Origin: an uncultured Gammaproteobacteria bacterium
GTDB taxonomy: Bacteria; Patescibacteriota; Microgenomatia; 2-02-FULL-39-11
Direction of reading: 5' to 3'
Assembly (NCBI GenBank): GCA_964446235.1
Contig: CAYUNW010000003.1
Coordinates: 7,182-71,181 of the forward strand
DNA length: 64,000 nucleotides
The notes below the pieces were generated by a model, which was not told the origin of the DNA, did not search any database, and saw only the letters and a program-made list of their open reading frames with translations. Positions within the stretch are counted from its first letter, which is position 1; each line of letters opens with the position of its first letter. The translations under genes were made by a program, and so were the position numbers. Of this stretch, positions 29,007-38,492 are shown in pieces.

Positions 29007-29271
29007 CTTCCTTCATAAGCAATGTTTTCTTAGTCTTTATACCGCCTTTGCCGGAATAACCGGTCAAACTGCCGTCTGATGCCACTACCCGATGACAGGG
29101 GGTATGTGGGGCATTAGGATTGGTTCTCATAAATAATCCAACCACTCTGGCGGCTTTTGGCTTTCCAGCCAGTTTTGCCAATTGTCCGTATGTGGTTACT
29201 TTTCCGGCTGGAATTTTATTGGTCAGTTGATAGACTTTTTGTCTGAAAGAAGACATGGTATTAAAATACAA
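28951..29271 (-). CDS. ogt: Methylated-DNA--protein-cysteine methyltransferase (DNA-binding/active-site domain only)
   Basis: IPAGKVTTYGQLA..PCHRVV..G.L.GY. Confidence 0.85.
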   Translation of the reverse strand: MYFNTMSSFRQKVYQLTNKIPAGKVTTYGQLAKLAGKPKAARVVGLFMRTNPNAPHTPCHRVVASDGSLTGYSGKGGIKTKKTLLMKEGVVFKKNKVDLSVSSWKI

Positions 29272-29363
29272 TATATATGTTTCAATTGCAAAAAGAAGTT
29301 ATAATGAGATTTGTTGCAAGAAGAATCGAGAACGGTTAAAATACTCGGTACGTTAAAACATAT

Positions 29364-29435
29364 TCCCCTGTAGCTCAACGGTAGAGCAGGAAGCTGTTAA
29401 CTTCAAGGTTCGTGGTTCGAATCCACGCGGGGGAG
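29364..29435 (+). tRNA. tRNA-Asn (anticodon GUU)
   Basis: Acceptor TCCCCTG/CGGGGGA, anticodon loop CTGTTAA, T-arm CGTGGTTCGAATCCACG. Confidence 0.85.
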
Positions 29436-31112
29436 CACTAATGGATTTTGAGTCCAAATTGCCTCTAATTGTTCTGTTGTAAGGCTCTGTTTCTTAGGTT
29501 CGAACAATGCGGATGTCGTCGGTTCGTGTTTTACGATTTCTATAAAGTATTCATACGGTCGTTCCACGTCCAGACGCAATAATTTGTTGAATAATTTTAG
29601 GTTCGAACCGATCGTGATGAGAATCTCACGCTTCTCCTGTAGAGTTCCGTGTTCAAACCAATATCGTGCGTGAACGGCGAAATTAAACGCCTTTTCCGCA
29701 TCCTCCATCCACTTATCAATCCTAAGACTTGTGTTTTTCAATCGTTCCTCAAGCGCTGTCTTTTCTTGTGTCAGTGTCAATTTCTTAGCTTTGAATTCTT
29801 CGTCAGAAAGTAAGGATCCGTCCGAATTTTGTGGAGATATCTTGAGCTTCAATAAATTATCCATCTCGTTTACACAGAGATTATATGAGTTTTGGAGGGA
29901 TGATAGCGTGGCATTTCTATCAGTTACTTCCTGTTCGTTAAGCTCATTGAGATATTTGATCGCCCAATTCTTAAATTCCTCCGAAATGTTTATACGCGAT
30001 AGAATGGTATCGATTTGTGTCTCGATGTCTTTCAAGTGGACGCATCCTTGAGTACAATTCTTGTTTTTACGTTTCGTGCAATGGTAGTAGATGTAATGAA
30101 GAATAGTCGGGTCGTTCATCGATTGAATGGTCGTTTGACACTTCGGACATCGATCTCTGTTTATCGAGGCGAATTTTTGCTTACAATGAGCACAAATTGT
30201 CTGCCATTTTTCCTCTGCCGTTATCATTGCCCCGCATTCTCCGCATGCCATCACACCCGTAAAAGAGAATTCACGAGTATGTGGCTTCGGTGAACCTTTT
30301 CGCTTGAGAAACATCTGGACTCTTTCAAACTCTACTTTGGTAATCATCGGTTTATGGTTTCCTTTGAACCATAACCCGCCTCCTACCGGGAATTCGAATA
30401 GACCATAGTAGAAAGGATCCATAAACATCCTGTATATTTGACTTCTGCACATCGGCTTTCCGCCAATAGATTTTCTTACAGGAGTACGATAGCCCCACTC
30501 GTTATTTAATCTTTCAAGAATTGCCGGAGGTGTGTAAGCACCGGTAAGCATCAAATCCCAACATTTTCTGATTAGAGGGAAACGGTCTGGATCTTCCTTT
30601 ATTGTCTTATTTCCCTTCTCTGCAAACTTGTCGTTCATATAGCCGGGCTTTGCTCCGGATGGAAGCCAGCCCTTCTCCGCTTTAGTTTTCAGTCCTTCTT
30701 TCACATTCTCACCTTTATGATCATTCTCAAATTTTGCCTGCATCATAAAAAAGCCAAGCATAAACTTATCCATTGGGTTATTACGAAAAGTTTGTGTTGG
30801 AGTCCTGACTTCCAGTAGTTTTCCACTGTCCATCAATGAGATAATTGTTGCCGCATCTTGAGGATTTCTTGAGAGCCTGTCCGGATGCCAAACTAATATG
30901 CTGTTTATTTCACCCGTTTCAATGAAGCTAATGAGTTCTCCAAACCCCGGTCTGCCCAGATTTTTTGCAGATTTGGATTCCGAGATAGTGCGAACAATTT
31001 GCAGTTCGTGCTTTTTTGCGACTCCAATAAGCTCTCTTGTTTGAGATTCAATTGACAAAACTTGCCGATCTTCACTCTCCGACGATTTTCTGCAATAAAT
31101 GAAGTATTTCAT
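29403..31112 (-). CDS. Large serine recombinase
   Basis: Resolvase domain YCRKSSESEDRQ..SIESQ..DRLSRN, a recombinase domain, Zn-ribbon CGECG..CAHC..CPKC, and a coiled coil. The last 11 codons read through the tRNA-Asn 3' end. Confidence 0.9.
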   Translation of the reverse strand: MKYFIYCRKSSESEDRQVLSIESQTRELIGVAKKHELQIVRTISESKSAKNLGRPGFGELISFIETGEINSILVWHPDRLSRNPQDAATIISLMDSGKLLEVRTPTQTFRNNPMDKFMLGFFMMQAKFENDHKGENVKEGLKTKAEKGWLPSGAKPGYMNDKFAEKGNKTIKEDPDRFPLIRKCWDLMLTGAYTPPAILERLNNEWGYRTPVRKSIGGKPMCRSQIYRMFMDPFYYGLFEFPVGGGLWFKGNHKPMITKVEFERVQMFLKRKGSPKPHTREFSFTGVMACGECGAMITAEEKWQTICAHCKQKFASINRDRCPKCQTTIQSMNDPTILHYIYYHCTKRKNKNCTQGCVHLKDIETQIDTILSRINISEEFKNWAIKYLNELNEQEVTDRNATLSSLQNSYNLCVNEMDNLLKLKISPQNSDGSLLSDEEFKAKKLTLTQEKTALEERLKNTSLRIDKWMEDAEKAFNFAVHARYWFEHGTLQEKREILITIGSNLKLFNKLLRLDVERPYEYFIEIVKHEPTTSALFEPKKQSLTTEQLEAIWTQNPLVLPRVDSNHEP

Positions 31113-31130
31113 ATCTCTCCTTTCAAAATA

Positions 31131-31214
31131 AATGCCCTCACTGGGTGTGCTCAGACCTGTTAGGATCTGTCCACAATGAGGGCATTAAAAATCCCAACAG
31201 GAATATCTGAGCAC
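31131..31214 (-). promoter_or_regulatory. Interleaved inverted repeats between the HTH gene and the recombinase gene
   Basis: AATGCCCTCA (31131-40) pairs with TGAGGGCATT (31177-86). GTGCTCAGA (31147-55) pairs with TCTGAGCAC (31206-14). On the minus strand the first hairpin is followed by TATTTTG, then an AAAGGAGAG RBS and the ATG. Confidence 0.45.
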
Positions 31215-31221
31215 AAATTTA

Positions 31222-31605
31222 TTATACACCCTTTTTCAAGATCATATTGGTGTTATTTAGATGTATCAAGCCGGAGATTTCAGCCATAACCAACCAAGCA
31301 TTCAGGTTACGCCGGGCAAGTTGAAGACCAATCTTGAGAAGTTCGTGTTTCATCTCCCTCATAAATTCTTCCTCTTGCATTTTTAACCAATCCTTGAAGC
31401 CCGGAATAGCTAACCACGAATAGTAGGTATTTCGATGAATACCGATTTCATCGGCGATTCGAGTCTTCGACGATGTACGAAGCTCAATAGATTTTGCCCA
31501 CCACTTAAACATTGCAGAGGTAGGCACGAATTTGTCGTTTTTTGCACAATTTTGCACAGTTTCGCCCATTTTTGTTTCGATTTGTTCGTCACTCATAATA
31601 GTCAC
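31222..31605 (-). CDS. HTH DNA-binding protein (possible regulator or directionality factor)
   Basis: ..SKTRIADEIGIHRNTYYSWL.. helix-turn-helix, positioned next to the recombinase. Confidence 0.45.
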   Translation of the reverse strand: MTIMSDEQIETKMGETVQNCAKNDKFVPTSAMFKWWAKSIELRTSSKTRIADEIGIHRNTYYSWLAIPGFKDWLKMQEEEFMREMKHELLKIGLQLARRNLNAWLVMAEISGLIHLNNTNMILKKGV

Positions 31606-31662
31606 TGCTTACTTGGAATAGTAAATTTACTATTTATAGTTACTGTTACTATATAGTTACTA

Positions 31663-32037
31663 TCAAAACGGTATTTCATCCGGTGAAACATTTTCACCCA
31701 ATTGGTTCTTCTTGCGTTCACTACCTGTTTTTTCGCAAAAAGCATCAAGGATTGAATCCGCTAAAGTTCTCCATAAAATTTTATCGTCAATATAAAATGC
31801 TCTCTTATATCCATCCTTCCCCTTCTTTGAACGGAAGGCGGGAGGATCGACACATAGTACGGGATCTTTCAACTTATTGAACGTTTTTAGTTTTATAGTG
31901 AACCCGACGACCTTAAATATCATTTGTTCATCCTTATTGAGAAAAATTGCATCCGCAAAACCGACAAGATTTTCACTCTCAATAGCAGTTACTTTGATAT
32001 CAATTTTTTCTATATTCATTTTCATCTCAATTTGCAT
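31663..32037 (-). CDS. SpoVG-like protein
   Basis: IKVTAIESENLVGFADAIF...FKVVGFTI and a later basic segment resemble the SpoVG fold pattern. The resemblance is weak. Confidence 0.35.
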   Translation of the reverse strand: MQIEMKMNIEKIDIKVTAIESENLVGFADAIFLNKDEQMIFKVVGFTIKLKTFNKLKDPVLCVDPPAFRSKKGKDGYKRAFYIDDKILWRTLADSILDAFCEKTGSERKKNQLGENVSPDEIPF

Positions 32038-32045
32038 AGATTCTC

Positions 32046-32276
32046 CTAGTAAGAAAAAATCATTCCTTTAAGAGTTTTAATCGCATCGGCGTATTCCTTT
32101 GCATTGACTATTTCTTCTCGGAACATAAACTTTTTTTGCACCTCTTCGCATTTATGTTTTTCTTCGAAAACAAACCAACATTGTTTACCAACTCGTTCAA
32201 TATCAATCATCTTGATATGTTTGGCGTACCATAGGCTTGCTAGATAGAGATCTTTTGTTTTAGCCGTATCTTTCAT
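32046..32276 (-). CDS. Small hypothetical protein (DUF5659-like pattern)
   Basis: LASLWYAKHIKMIDIERVGKQCWFVFEEK..VNAKEYADAIKTLKGMI. Start chosen at ATG 32276. Confidence 0.35.
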   Translation of the reverse strand: MKDTAKTKDLYLASLWYAKHIKMIDIERVGKQCWFVFEEKHKCEEVQKKFMFREEIVNAKEYADAIKTLKGMIFSY

Positions 32277-32328
32277 ACTTTTATATCGATTCGCCCTTTC
32301 TATAATCACTTGAGACTTATTCTTAGCT

Positions 32329-32559
32329 TCAGGAAAATGCTTCACGCTTCTTTTCCTGAAACGTTTTGGTCTTAATAAGCGAGTTGTACTGTTGTTTGGT
32401 AGGAAAGAAGAGAAATAAAGGACATTGAGTACAAGTACAAACTTGATATCCGTCTGCGAAGTATCCGAAGCATTCAGCACATTTGAGGCGGATGAGGAAT
32501 TTGAGTTGCCTGTTTTCTTCCTTAATGCCGTAGAACTTTTTCAATTTTGCCTTTTTCAT
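32329..32559 (-). CDS. Small Cys-rich (zinc-ribbon-like) protein
   Basis: CAEC..CTCTQC in 76 aa. Confidence 0.3.
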   Translation of the reverse strand: MKKAKLKKFYGIKEENRQLKFLIRLKCAECFGYFADGYQVCTCTQCPLFLFFPTKQQYNSLIKTKTFQEKKREAFS

Positions 32560-32602
32560 ATTCGTTTTAATCTAAAATCGTTATACTTTTTATTATCCAG
32601 CC

Positions 32603-32776
32603 TCAATCCTTATTTTCCTGAGCATTGGGGATAAAGCTGGGAATAGGACGATATATTATTTGGAATAACCTGAAAAGTCTCGTTCCTTGCTCGTCTGCTT
32701 TTTCCGGAGATATTTCTTTGCCAAACGTGCGTTTATATATCCGCCGGTATTCATCTACAGCTTGCTTTGAAAGCAT
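32603..32776 (-). CDS. Small hypothetical protein
   Basis: 57 aa from ATG 32776. The longer track ORF would overlap the upstream gene. Confidence 0.3.
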   Translation of the reverse strand: MLSKQAVDEYRRIYKRTFGKEISPEKADEQGTRLFRLFQIIYRPIPSFIPNAQENKD

Positions 32777-32819
32777 AACTTTCAAATTGTATGATTGCCT
32801 GAATAGAAGGACTTGGAGG

Positions 32820-33629
32820 TTAGCTGGAGATAAGTTGCAAGTAAATTTGCAGATCACATAAACGTGGTAGACGATAGCGATCCTTTAATCTGTAGTAGCG
32901 ATCTTGGAGTTTTTTCACTTCTTGGTCGCTTGTATTCAATTTTTTATCTTCGAGAATAAGTACAATTGCCGGTCTGACAATTCCGAGTTCATCTTCTTTT
33001 TTCCTCGGTAAATTGCTTTTATTACTCTTTTCGTCTTTAATGCACTGCTGGATATTTTTCTCGATGAGTAAATAGTTTTCTATATCTCTATCTTCTTTTG
33101 CTCCTTTTTGTTGGCGAGGCTCTTTTATTGAAAAGAACTTTTTAAACATCGCTTTAGCAAATTCTAAATCCGATATCACCTCCTCTCTTTTTGTATTTGG
33201 AAATACTTGTATATAAATACCTGGTTCAATTATTGGGTTCCCCTGAGGGAATATCATTCTAACTTCGGATCCTAACGAAAAATCCTTAAGAATCATACCC
33301 GTTAGAATATATTCTTCTAGTAAATAAGGATTAAGTTTTATAGAAATAGCAATGACGTGAATGGGACGTAGTAATTCCGATTGAAATCGTTGGTGAGCAA
33401 ATTTATTTCTTTCGCTTTCGACAGTAATATAAGAGAGTTCTTTCTTTATCTGTTCAATTCTACCTTTTGAGTTTTTAAATACCCACTTTACATAGTTTTC
33501 CCGACCATTCTTCAATCCTTTCGAAGGTATTTTAAGTTTTCTTCTTAAAGCTTTAATTACTTCGATTCCTACATAACTTTTGACAAATAATTCGAATCGT
33601 ACAAGATTGTATGGTTTTTCATTTTGCAT
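32820..33629 (-). CDS. Hypothetical protein
   Basis: 269 aa with no motif recognised. Confidence 0.4.
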   Translation of the reverse strand: MQNEKPYNLVRFELFVKSYVGIEVIKALRRKLKIPSKGLKNGRENYVKWVFKNSKGRIEQIKKELSYITVESERNKFAHQRFQSELLRPIHVIAISIKLNPYLLEEYILTGMILKDFSLGSEVRMIFPQGNPIIEPGIYIQVFPNTKREEVISDLEFAKAMFKKFFSIKEPRQQKGAKEDRDIENYLLIEKNIQQCIKDEKSNKSNLPRKKEDELGIVRPAIVLILEDKKLNTSDQEVKKLQDRYYRLKDRYRLPRLCDLQIYLQLISS

Positions 33630-33722
33630 AGATATCTTAATCTAATTTGAGCGTATTATATTATACTGACTGATTATAAGCAGAAGTAGGCAATAGTATG
33701 CACGATTCGAGGCTGAATTGAT

Positions 33723-34382
33723 TTAAGAGAACTTAAGATAGTCCACTTCTTGTTCCCATACAGGATCCAGCTTATTCTCATTCCAGACGAAGCGAAATAA
33801 GTTGTATCCTTTTGAGCAACAAAGTCCCTCACTACCGACTTGATCTGTTTGAATATAAAATCCGTTACCGTCCTTTGATTGTATTATCTTTGCTCTGACT
33901 AAATCTTGGATAGTAAAGATCAGGGTATTTCCCTTATAAATATCTATTCCGTGAGGGGTATGATTCATCCCTTCATTGAAAAGTACCAAAGTTTCATCAA
34001 TACCGTCACTATCAATATCGAATTGTTCGATGGAATTGATCCGCTTTTGTGCTATGTCTCCACTTTTTGAATACTGTTCCTCAATATTTCCGGAAATTGC
34101 TTTATTCAGGTTTTGATAGTTTAATTTTGTTTCTACTTTATGCGGTTTGGATCGTGGGGAATACTGATTTGCATAAGCTGAAATGTCATCCGATCCCCAA
34201 ACTTGTTGGAGATCATCGAAATACTCTTTTGGAATATCAATAATCTCATTTTGTATAGTTGAGCTCAAAAACGACTGAGTTTTATTGAGTTTCACCAATC
34301 TGTGTCCATCATTTTTTCCAAGAGAATATCCAAACAATAATAGTAAAAAAGAACCAGATAGGATTATAAGTATATTCTTCAT
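33723..34382 (-). CDS. Secreted hypothetical protein
   Basis: Signal-peptide-like N-terminus and a DIDSDGIDE calcium-site-like motif. Confidence 0.4.
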   Translation of the reverse strand: MKNILIILSGSFLLLLFGYSLGKNDGHRLVKLNKTQSFLSSTIQNEIIDIPKEYFDDLQQVWGSDDISAYANQYSPRSKPHKVETKLNYQNLNKAISGNIEEQYSKSGDIAQKRINSIEQFDIDSDGIDETLVLFNEGMNHTPHGIDIYKGNTLIFTIQDLVRAKIIQSKDGNGFYIQTDQVGSEGLCCSKGYNLFRFVWNENKLDPVWEQEVDYLKFS

Positions 34383-34392
34383 TTACGTTGAA

Positions 34393-34620
34393 TTATTCTT
34401 TTTCTGGAAATAAGAATTTTTTTAAGTGGTGCCTCAGCCACTCTTTTATATCCTTATGAAAAACTGAATCAACCAAAATAGTCAATGATATTAAAGCTAT
34501 TACAAAAACTACAAAAAGAGATGTTCCGTTTGCGATTGCTTTATCGGCGAAGAGAAAAATACTTATAGACCAAAATATAAGAATGATTATGAGTAATAGA
34601 AGTCCGGACGATAGTTTCAT
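34393..34620 (-). CDS. Small two-TM protein
   Basis: 75 aa with two hydrophobic helices. Confidence 0.35.
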   Translation of the reverse strand: MKLSSGLLLLIIILIFWSISIFLFADKAIANGTSLFVVFVIALISLTILVDSVFHKDIKEWLRHHLKKFLFPEKE

Positions 34621-34649
34621 AAAGAAAGGGACAGCCCTCCTCTCGCTAT

Positions 34650-34734
34650 CAGCCGGTCAGCTTCAAGGTCATCGAGGAAGAGCTGCCCCTTCCGTTGACC
34701 TTGAAGCCACATAAAACGTGCAGCTGACCGGCTG
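34650..34734. other. GC-rich nested inverted-repeat element (candidate structured RNA or DNA site)
   Basis: Three nested stems: CAGCCGGTCAGC/GCTGACCGGCTG, TTCAAGGTCA/TGACCTTGAA and GGAAG/CTTCC, with a 17-nt asymmetric bulge containing CAC..GTG. It sits between divergent genes. Confidence 0.6.
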
Positions 34735-34820
34735 TGTACTTGGATTATACACCAGAAATAACATCGGGAGCATAATATTAGTCTCAAAGCAGTATAATAA
34801 GAGCGAAATTTAGCATTATT

Positions 34821-37800
34821 ATGTTGAACTTAAAAACACCAATTTCGGTTTTACAATTATTAGAATTCCTACAAGAAAAAAGCAGCGTATTCTTGCGTCA
34901 ATTTAGGTATCAAGCGAAGAAAAAAATAAGCCCTCAAGACTTTCTTTCGGGTCGTGTACAAGGTGGTAAATTCCCAAAAGTGATTCGTAGAGATAGGATT
35001 AGTGTTCTTCCACAAAGTTTATCGGATCGATTATTCTTATTCATTTTTAGTCTTTTATTTATTTTTCTGACCGATATTTTAATCAAGCAATGGTTTTCTA
35101 CAAACCTTAAAATCTATTTGGATGGGATTGGATCCTTGGGAAATTTGGGAGCAGCTGCTTGGCAAGTGCTTGCCACTGTAATTTCTGTTGGTTTAGCTAC
35201 GATCGGCATTATATTACAAGCAATTAGCCAAGAAAAAAATGAATATAAACGGAAATTACTATTGCATCATTACTTTACAGTTCAACAGCTTGACTTCAAG
35301 ATTCTTTATTCTTTTTTTGTTTTGATATTAGCTGGTTTAGTACTTCTCTTTAAGGAAAAGATGTTCTTATATCCCTTCTTAAGTGAGCATATTTTTGTTG
35401 TTTTCGCTTTAATAGTTATTTTTGTATATATTTTTGCTCGGTTGATTATAAAGAGTTTTGACTATCTGTTTCCAGAAAACCAGAGTAAATATTTCGACTA
35501 TTCGCTTCAAAATAGATTGTTGTATTTAATCCAAGAATCAGCAAGGAGTTTAATTCTAATTGACGTGCTCCAATTGCAATTAAATTCATTAGAAATGGGG
35601 ATAAGATACTTATATGATGAGCAGGATAAGAAGAAACTAAATATGGCTGTTATAGAAACTTCACAAAAAGGAAGTATCGAAGATATTGATCTTGCATTAT
35701 TAAAAAGTCTGTCTAAATTATTAGGCAAGAAATACATCAAAGAAGAAAAGGGTAAATCACCAGTTAAAGCAGAGTTGTATATTGAATACGGTAGACAAGA
35801 ACAACGTATAAAACAACCTTTAGCTATCGTCCACAAAGATAATTACTCAGATAAAATTGTTCATCTTTTCAAACAAGCAATAATACTATCGACACTTCTT
35901 CCACCTAAAATCGAATATGACTTACAAGAATATCTTGATTGGATATGGGATCAAGTTAGAGAGGATCTGAAAAATGAAAAAGTCGGGGTTATAAAAGATA
36001 ATCTTAGAAATCTATATGACTTTTTTGAAAACTCTTTGACTATTTTTGGTAGTTACAAAAAAGAGTATAAAATCGAGGATGGTGCATCCATAGATAACTG
36101 GGATTTTCTTAATAAGCTTCGTAGACAATATTTCGTAATCCTTGACTCTGCATACGGCAATAAAAGTGCTTTTGAACCGTTATTTTCACTAAATTATTTT
36201 CCGTTCGCGTTGATGCAGAGAGCTATATATCAAAATAATAAAACTCAATTTACTCAATCTTCGGAACTTATTGTTTGGGTGTATAAGTATCTTTTTAAAT
36301 TTAATCATCCGAGACAGAATGATCTAAGAGAAAACTTCTTCTTGACCAACCTTAATTTTGCTCAATTTTATTTACTTGGAGGTCGAGAAGATTTTAAGGA
36401 GAATTTTAATAAGCGGAAATTCTACCTTTGGGTGTATCTAAGAACACAAATAAATATTATTAGAAGAGCATTAGAATTCGGCGACAATAGGACTGTAACT
36501 GAGATTTTATCAATTATTGAAAAACTAATTAAAGAAACATCTTATTGGCAGGAGCAAATACCTTATATAGATCTCAAAGAAAACGTATTAACACCACAAG
36601 AGGAATTTAGGTCAAATTGGTATGCAATGATTCTTGGGGTACAAGCGTGGGTTTTTCAACAATATGAAACCGGGGGTATCGATAGAGATAAATTTAATAT
36701 TCTTGCTTCTGTTTCTTTATGGTCTGATATCTTTAGTTTAACTAACACATTTTCCGTAGCAATTGGGCAAGATCTTGAACACATTATGAGTTGGGACTGG
36801 TGGAGTTTTGAAAAGCGCTCATATCTTAATGATGGAGGTAGTTTTGGTGGGTTTGAAAATGAGATATGCAAATGGTATGTAATTCAGGCAATCAAGCTAT
36901 TATCAAAAGTTCAAGAGAGTGAGATCCCAACACAAAAGAGATTGCTGAAAGATAAAGATACATATTTTAAACTCCTTATATCTCCCAACGGAACAATTTA
37001 TGCATTTCTTGAGTTGTTAAAGAAAGATGGTGATAAATATCTATTTTTATTTAATGATCTCGATAAGAATAGTTTAAACAAAAATATCGAGAAGCTCAAA
37101 AACTACCTAAAACTGACTCTAGAAGATAATGAGGTCTCGAAGAAAAACGCTCTTATTAGCGCTTCGATTGAAAATAGCAAAATAAACAAGTTCAAACAGA
37201 GTTTTATCTCAGGATATGAAAAGAATTCAAAAATTAGAAAAATTGCCAAAACCAAGAAAATTGTTACTTTAGCTTTGAAACAAACAGGGAAACCCTTTTT
37301 TGGTATCCACGTCCTATTAGACAAAGAACCCTTTACTTCATTATCTATAATGGATTATGACACTATAGCAGAGCATTACGGTCAGCAAATGGCTGATGTT
37401 GAAGATTACTTGATTATTAAAGAAATCTTCAACTCTAAAAATCCAACTACCAAACTCTCATACAATGCTTCAAATGTAAAATTAAAGCTGGATGCATATT
37501 TATCAACGATTGATAAAAACCAAATAAAAAGCACGTATATTTTAATCTTAGGGAGTGCGACTCTTCGTCACGAACTTCATAGAGATCCTGAATATAAGTG
37601 GTCAGGAGGTAAAAGCAATAGAATCACATTCGATGAATATAAAGGTATTAAAATATATTGGACAAATATTGGTAAGGAAAACGGCGTAGTTGTGGTGGAT
37701 ATGAAAAATGCGTTTAAAGTAGTCCAGAAAAAGCCCAATATAGAGAAGGGTGAAATGATTTCAAAAGACAAGCATATAGCTTTTCTTATAGCTCAACTAA

Positions 37801-37976
37801 CGGATAATGAGGTCGATGAGATATTTAAGAATAGACCTCAAGATAGTAATAAAGATCAAATAAAAACGAATGTTCGCTTTTGGAGTTTTGTCAATGCTGA
37901 GGTTGAAATTGTAAAACCCTCTTTGGTATTTAAGATAGCGATGCAAACAGATGAGATGGTGGCTACAAAGAGTTAA
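34821..37976 (+). CDS. 1051-aa orphan protein, N-terminal multi-TM region plus large helical soluble region
   Basis: Long uninterrupted ORF. TM helices lie within roughly residues 70-215. No P-loop or nuclease motif was seen. Confidence 0.6.
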   Translation: MLNLKTPISVLQLLEFLQEKSSVFLRQFRYQAKKKISPQDFLSGRVQGGKFPKVIRRDRISVLPQSLSDRLFLFIFSLLFIFLTDILIKQWFSTNLKIYLDGIGSLGNLGAAAWQVLATVISVGLATIGIILQAISQEKNEYKRKLLLHHYFTVQQLDFKILYSFFVLILAGLVLLFKEKMFLYPFLSEHIFVVFALIVIFVYIFARLIIKSFDYLFPENQSKYFDYSLQNRLLYLIQESARSLILIDVLQLQLNSLEMGIRYLYDEQDKKKLNMAVIETSQKGSIEDIDLALLKSLSKLLGKKYIKEEKGKSPVKAELYIEYGRQEQRIKQPLAIVHKDNYSDKIVHLFKQAIILSTLLPPKIEYDLQEYLDWIWDQVREDLKNEKVGVIKDNLRNLYDFFENSLTIFGSYKKEYKIEDGASIDNWDFLNKLRRQYFVILDSAYGNKSAFEPLFSLNYFPFALMQRAIYQNNKTQFTQSSELIVWVYKYLFKFNHPRQNDLRENFFLTNLNFAQFYLLGGREDFKENFNKRKFYLWVYLRTQINIIRRALEFGDNRTVTEILSIIEKLIKETSYWQEQIPYIDLKENVLTPQEEFRSNWYAMILGVQAWVFQQYETGGIDRDKFNILASVSLWSDIFSLTNTFSVAIGQDLEHIMSWDWWSFEKRSYLNDGGSFGGFENEICKWYVIQAIKLLSKVQESEIPTQKRLLKDKDTYFKLLISPNGTIYAFLELLKKDGDKYLFLFNDLDKNSLNKNIEKLKNYLKLTLEDNEVSKKNALISASIENSKINKFKQSFISGYEKNSKIRKIAKTKKIVTLALKQTGKPFFGIHVLLDKEPFTSLSIMDYDTIAEHYGQQMADVEDYLIIKEIFNSKNPTTKLSYNASNVKLKLDAYLSTIDKNQIKSTYILILGSATLRHELHRDPEYKWSGGKSNRITFDEYKGIKIYWTNIGKENGVVVVDMKNAFKVVQKKPNIEKGEMISKDKHIAFLIAQLTDNEVDEIFKNRPQDSNKDQIKTNVRFWSFVNAEVEIVKPSLVFKIAMQTDEMVATKS

Positions 37977-38018
37977 TTTCAATGCTATTAGTAGAACTAA
38001 TTCAAAATGAGGATATTT

Positions 38019-38489
38019 TTACAGATCTTTATTGGCAAGCATATCACGAACTTTGATTCCTGCTTTTTTGTATCTCTCCCAACCTACGATTCCCTCATTA
38101 ATTTTACTCAATCGATCGTGTTCTTCTTCGGTAACAAGGTATCCGATTGCTCTCTGTAGGATTTTCTCAAGGTTATCCGGATTATCAAGTATTTCAGAAA
38201 TAAGTTGTTTTCTGGTGTAGACGTGTTCGTGTTGAACCTTACCATCCTTTTCATTTAATACTCCTTCTGATCTATACCTTATCCTATACTTTCCATTCGT
38301 ACTGTTGCCGTGGGCTTCCGTAATCTTCCAGATCATAACGGAAATGACTTCTTTTTTGTGCCGGAGGATTACGTTCTTATTCTTAACGACAGATCGGATA
38401 ACTTCGCTTGCGCTCTGTTTGGTTTTCTCTGTTTCCAGATCTTCGATATACATTTCTTTCAGACCTTTGAGCTTGGATTTATACGGCAT
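38019..38489 (-). CDS. Hypothetical protein coupled to the upstream nuclease gene
   Basis: 156 aa with conserved-looking ..VQHEHVYTRKQL.. and ..LVTEEEHDRL..GWERYKKAGI segments. 3-nt gap to the 38493-39461 gene. Confidence 0.4.
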   Translation of the reverse strand: MPYKSKLKGLKEMYIEDLETEKTKQSASEVIRSVVKNKNVILRHKKEVISVMIWKITEAHGNSTNGKYRIRYRSEGVLNEKDGKVQHEHVYTRKQLISEILDNPDNLEKILQRAIGYLVTEEEHDRLSKINEGIVGWERYKKAGIKVRDMLANKDL

Positions 38490-38492
38490 AGG

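Noticed and set aside
34650-34734. The GC-rich hairpin as SRP (4.5S) RNA, because of GGTCA..GGAAG..GCAGC-like strings.
   Set aside because: No GNRA tetraloop closes a helix-8-like stem, and the symmetric and asymmetric loop pattern is absent. It also lies inside a mobile island rather than in a core context.
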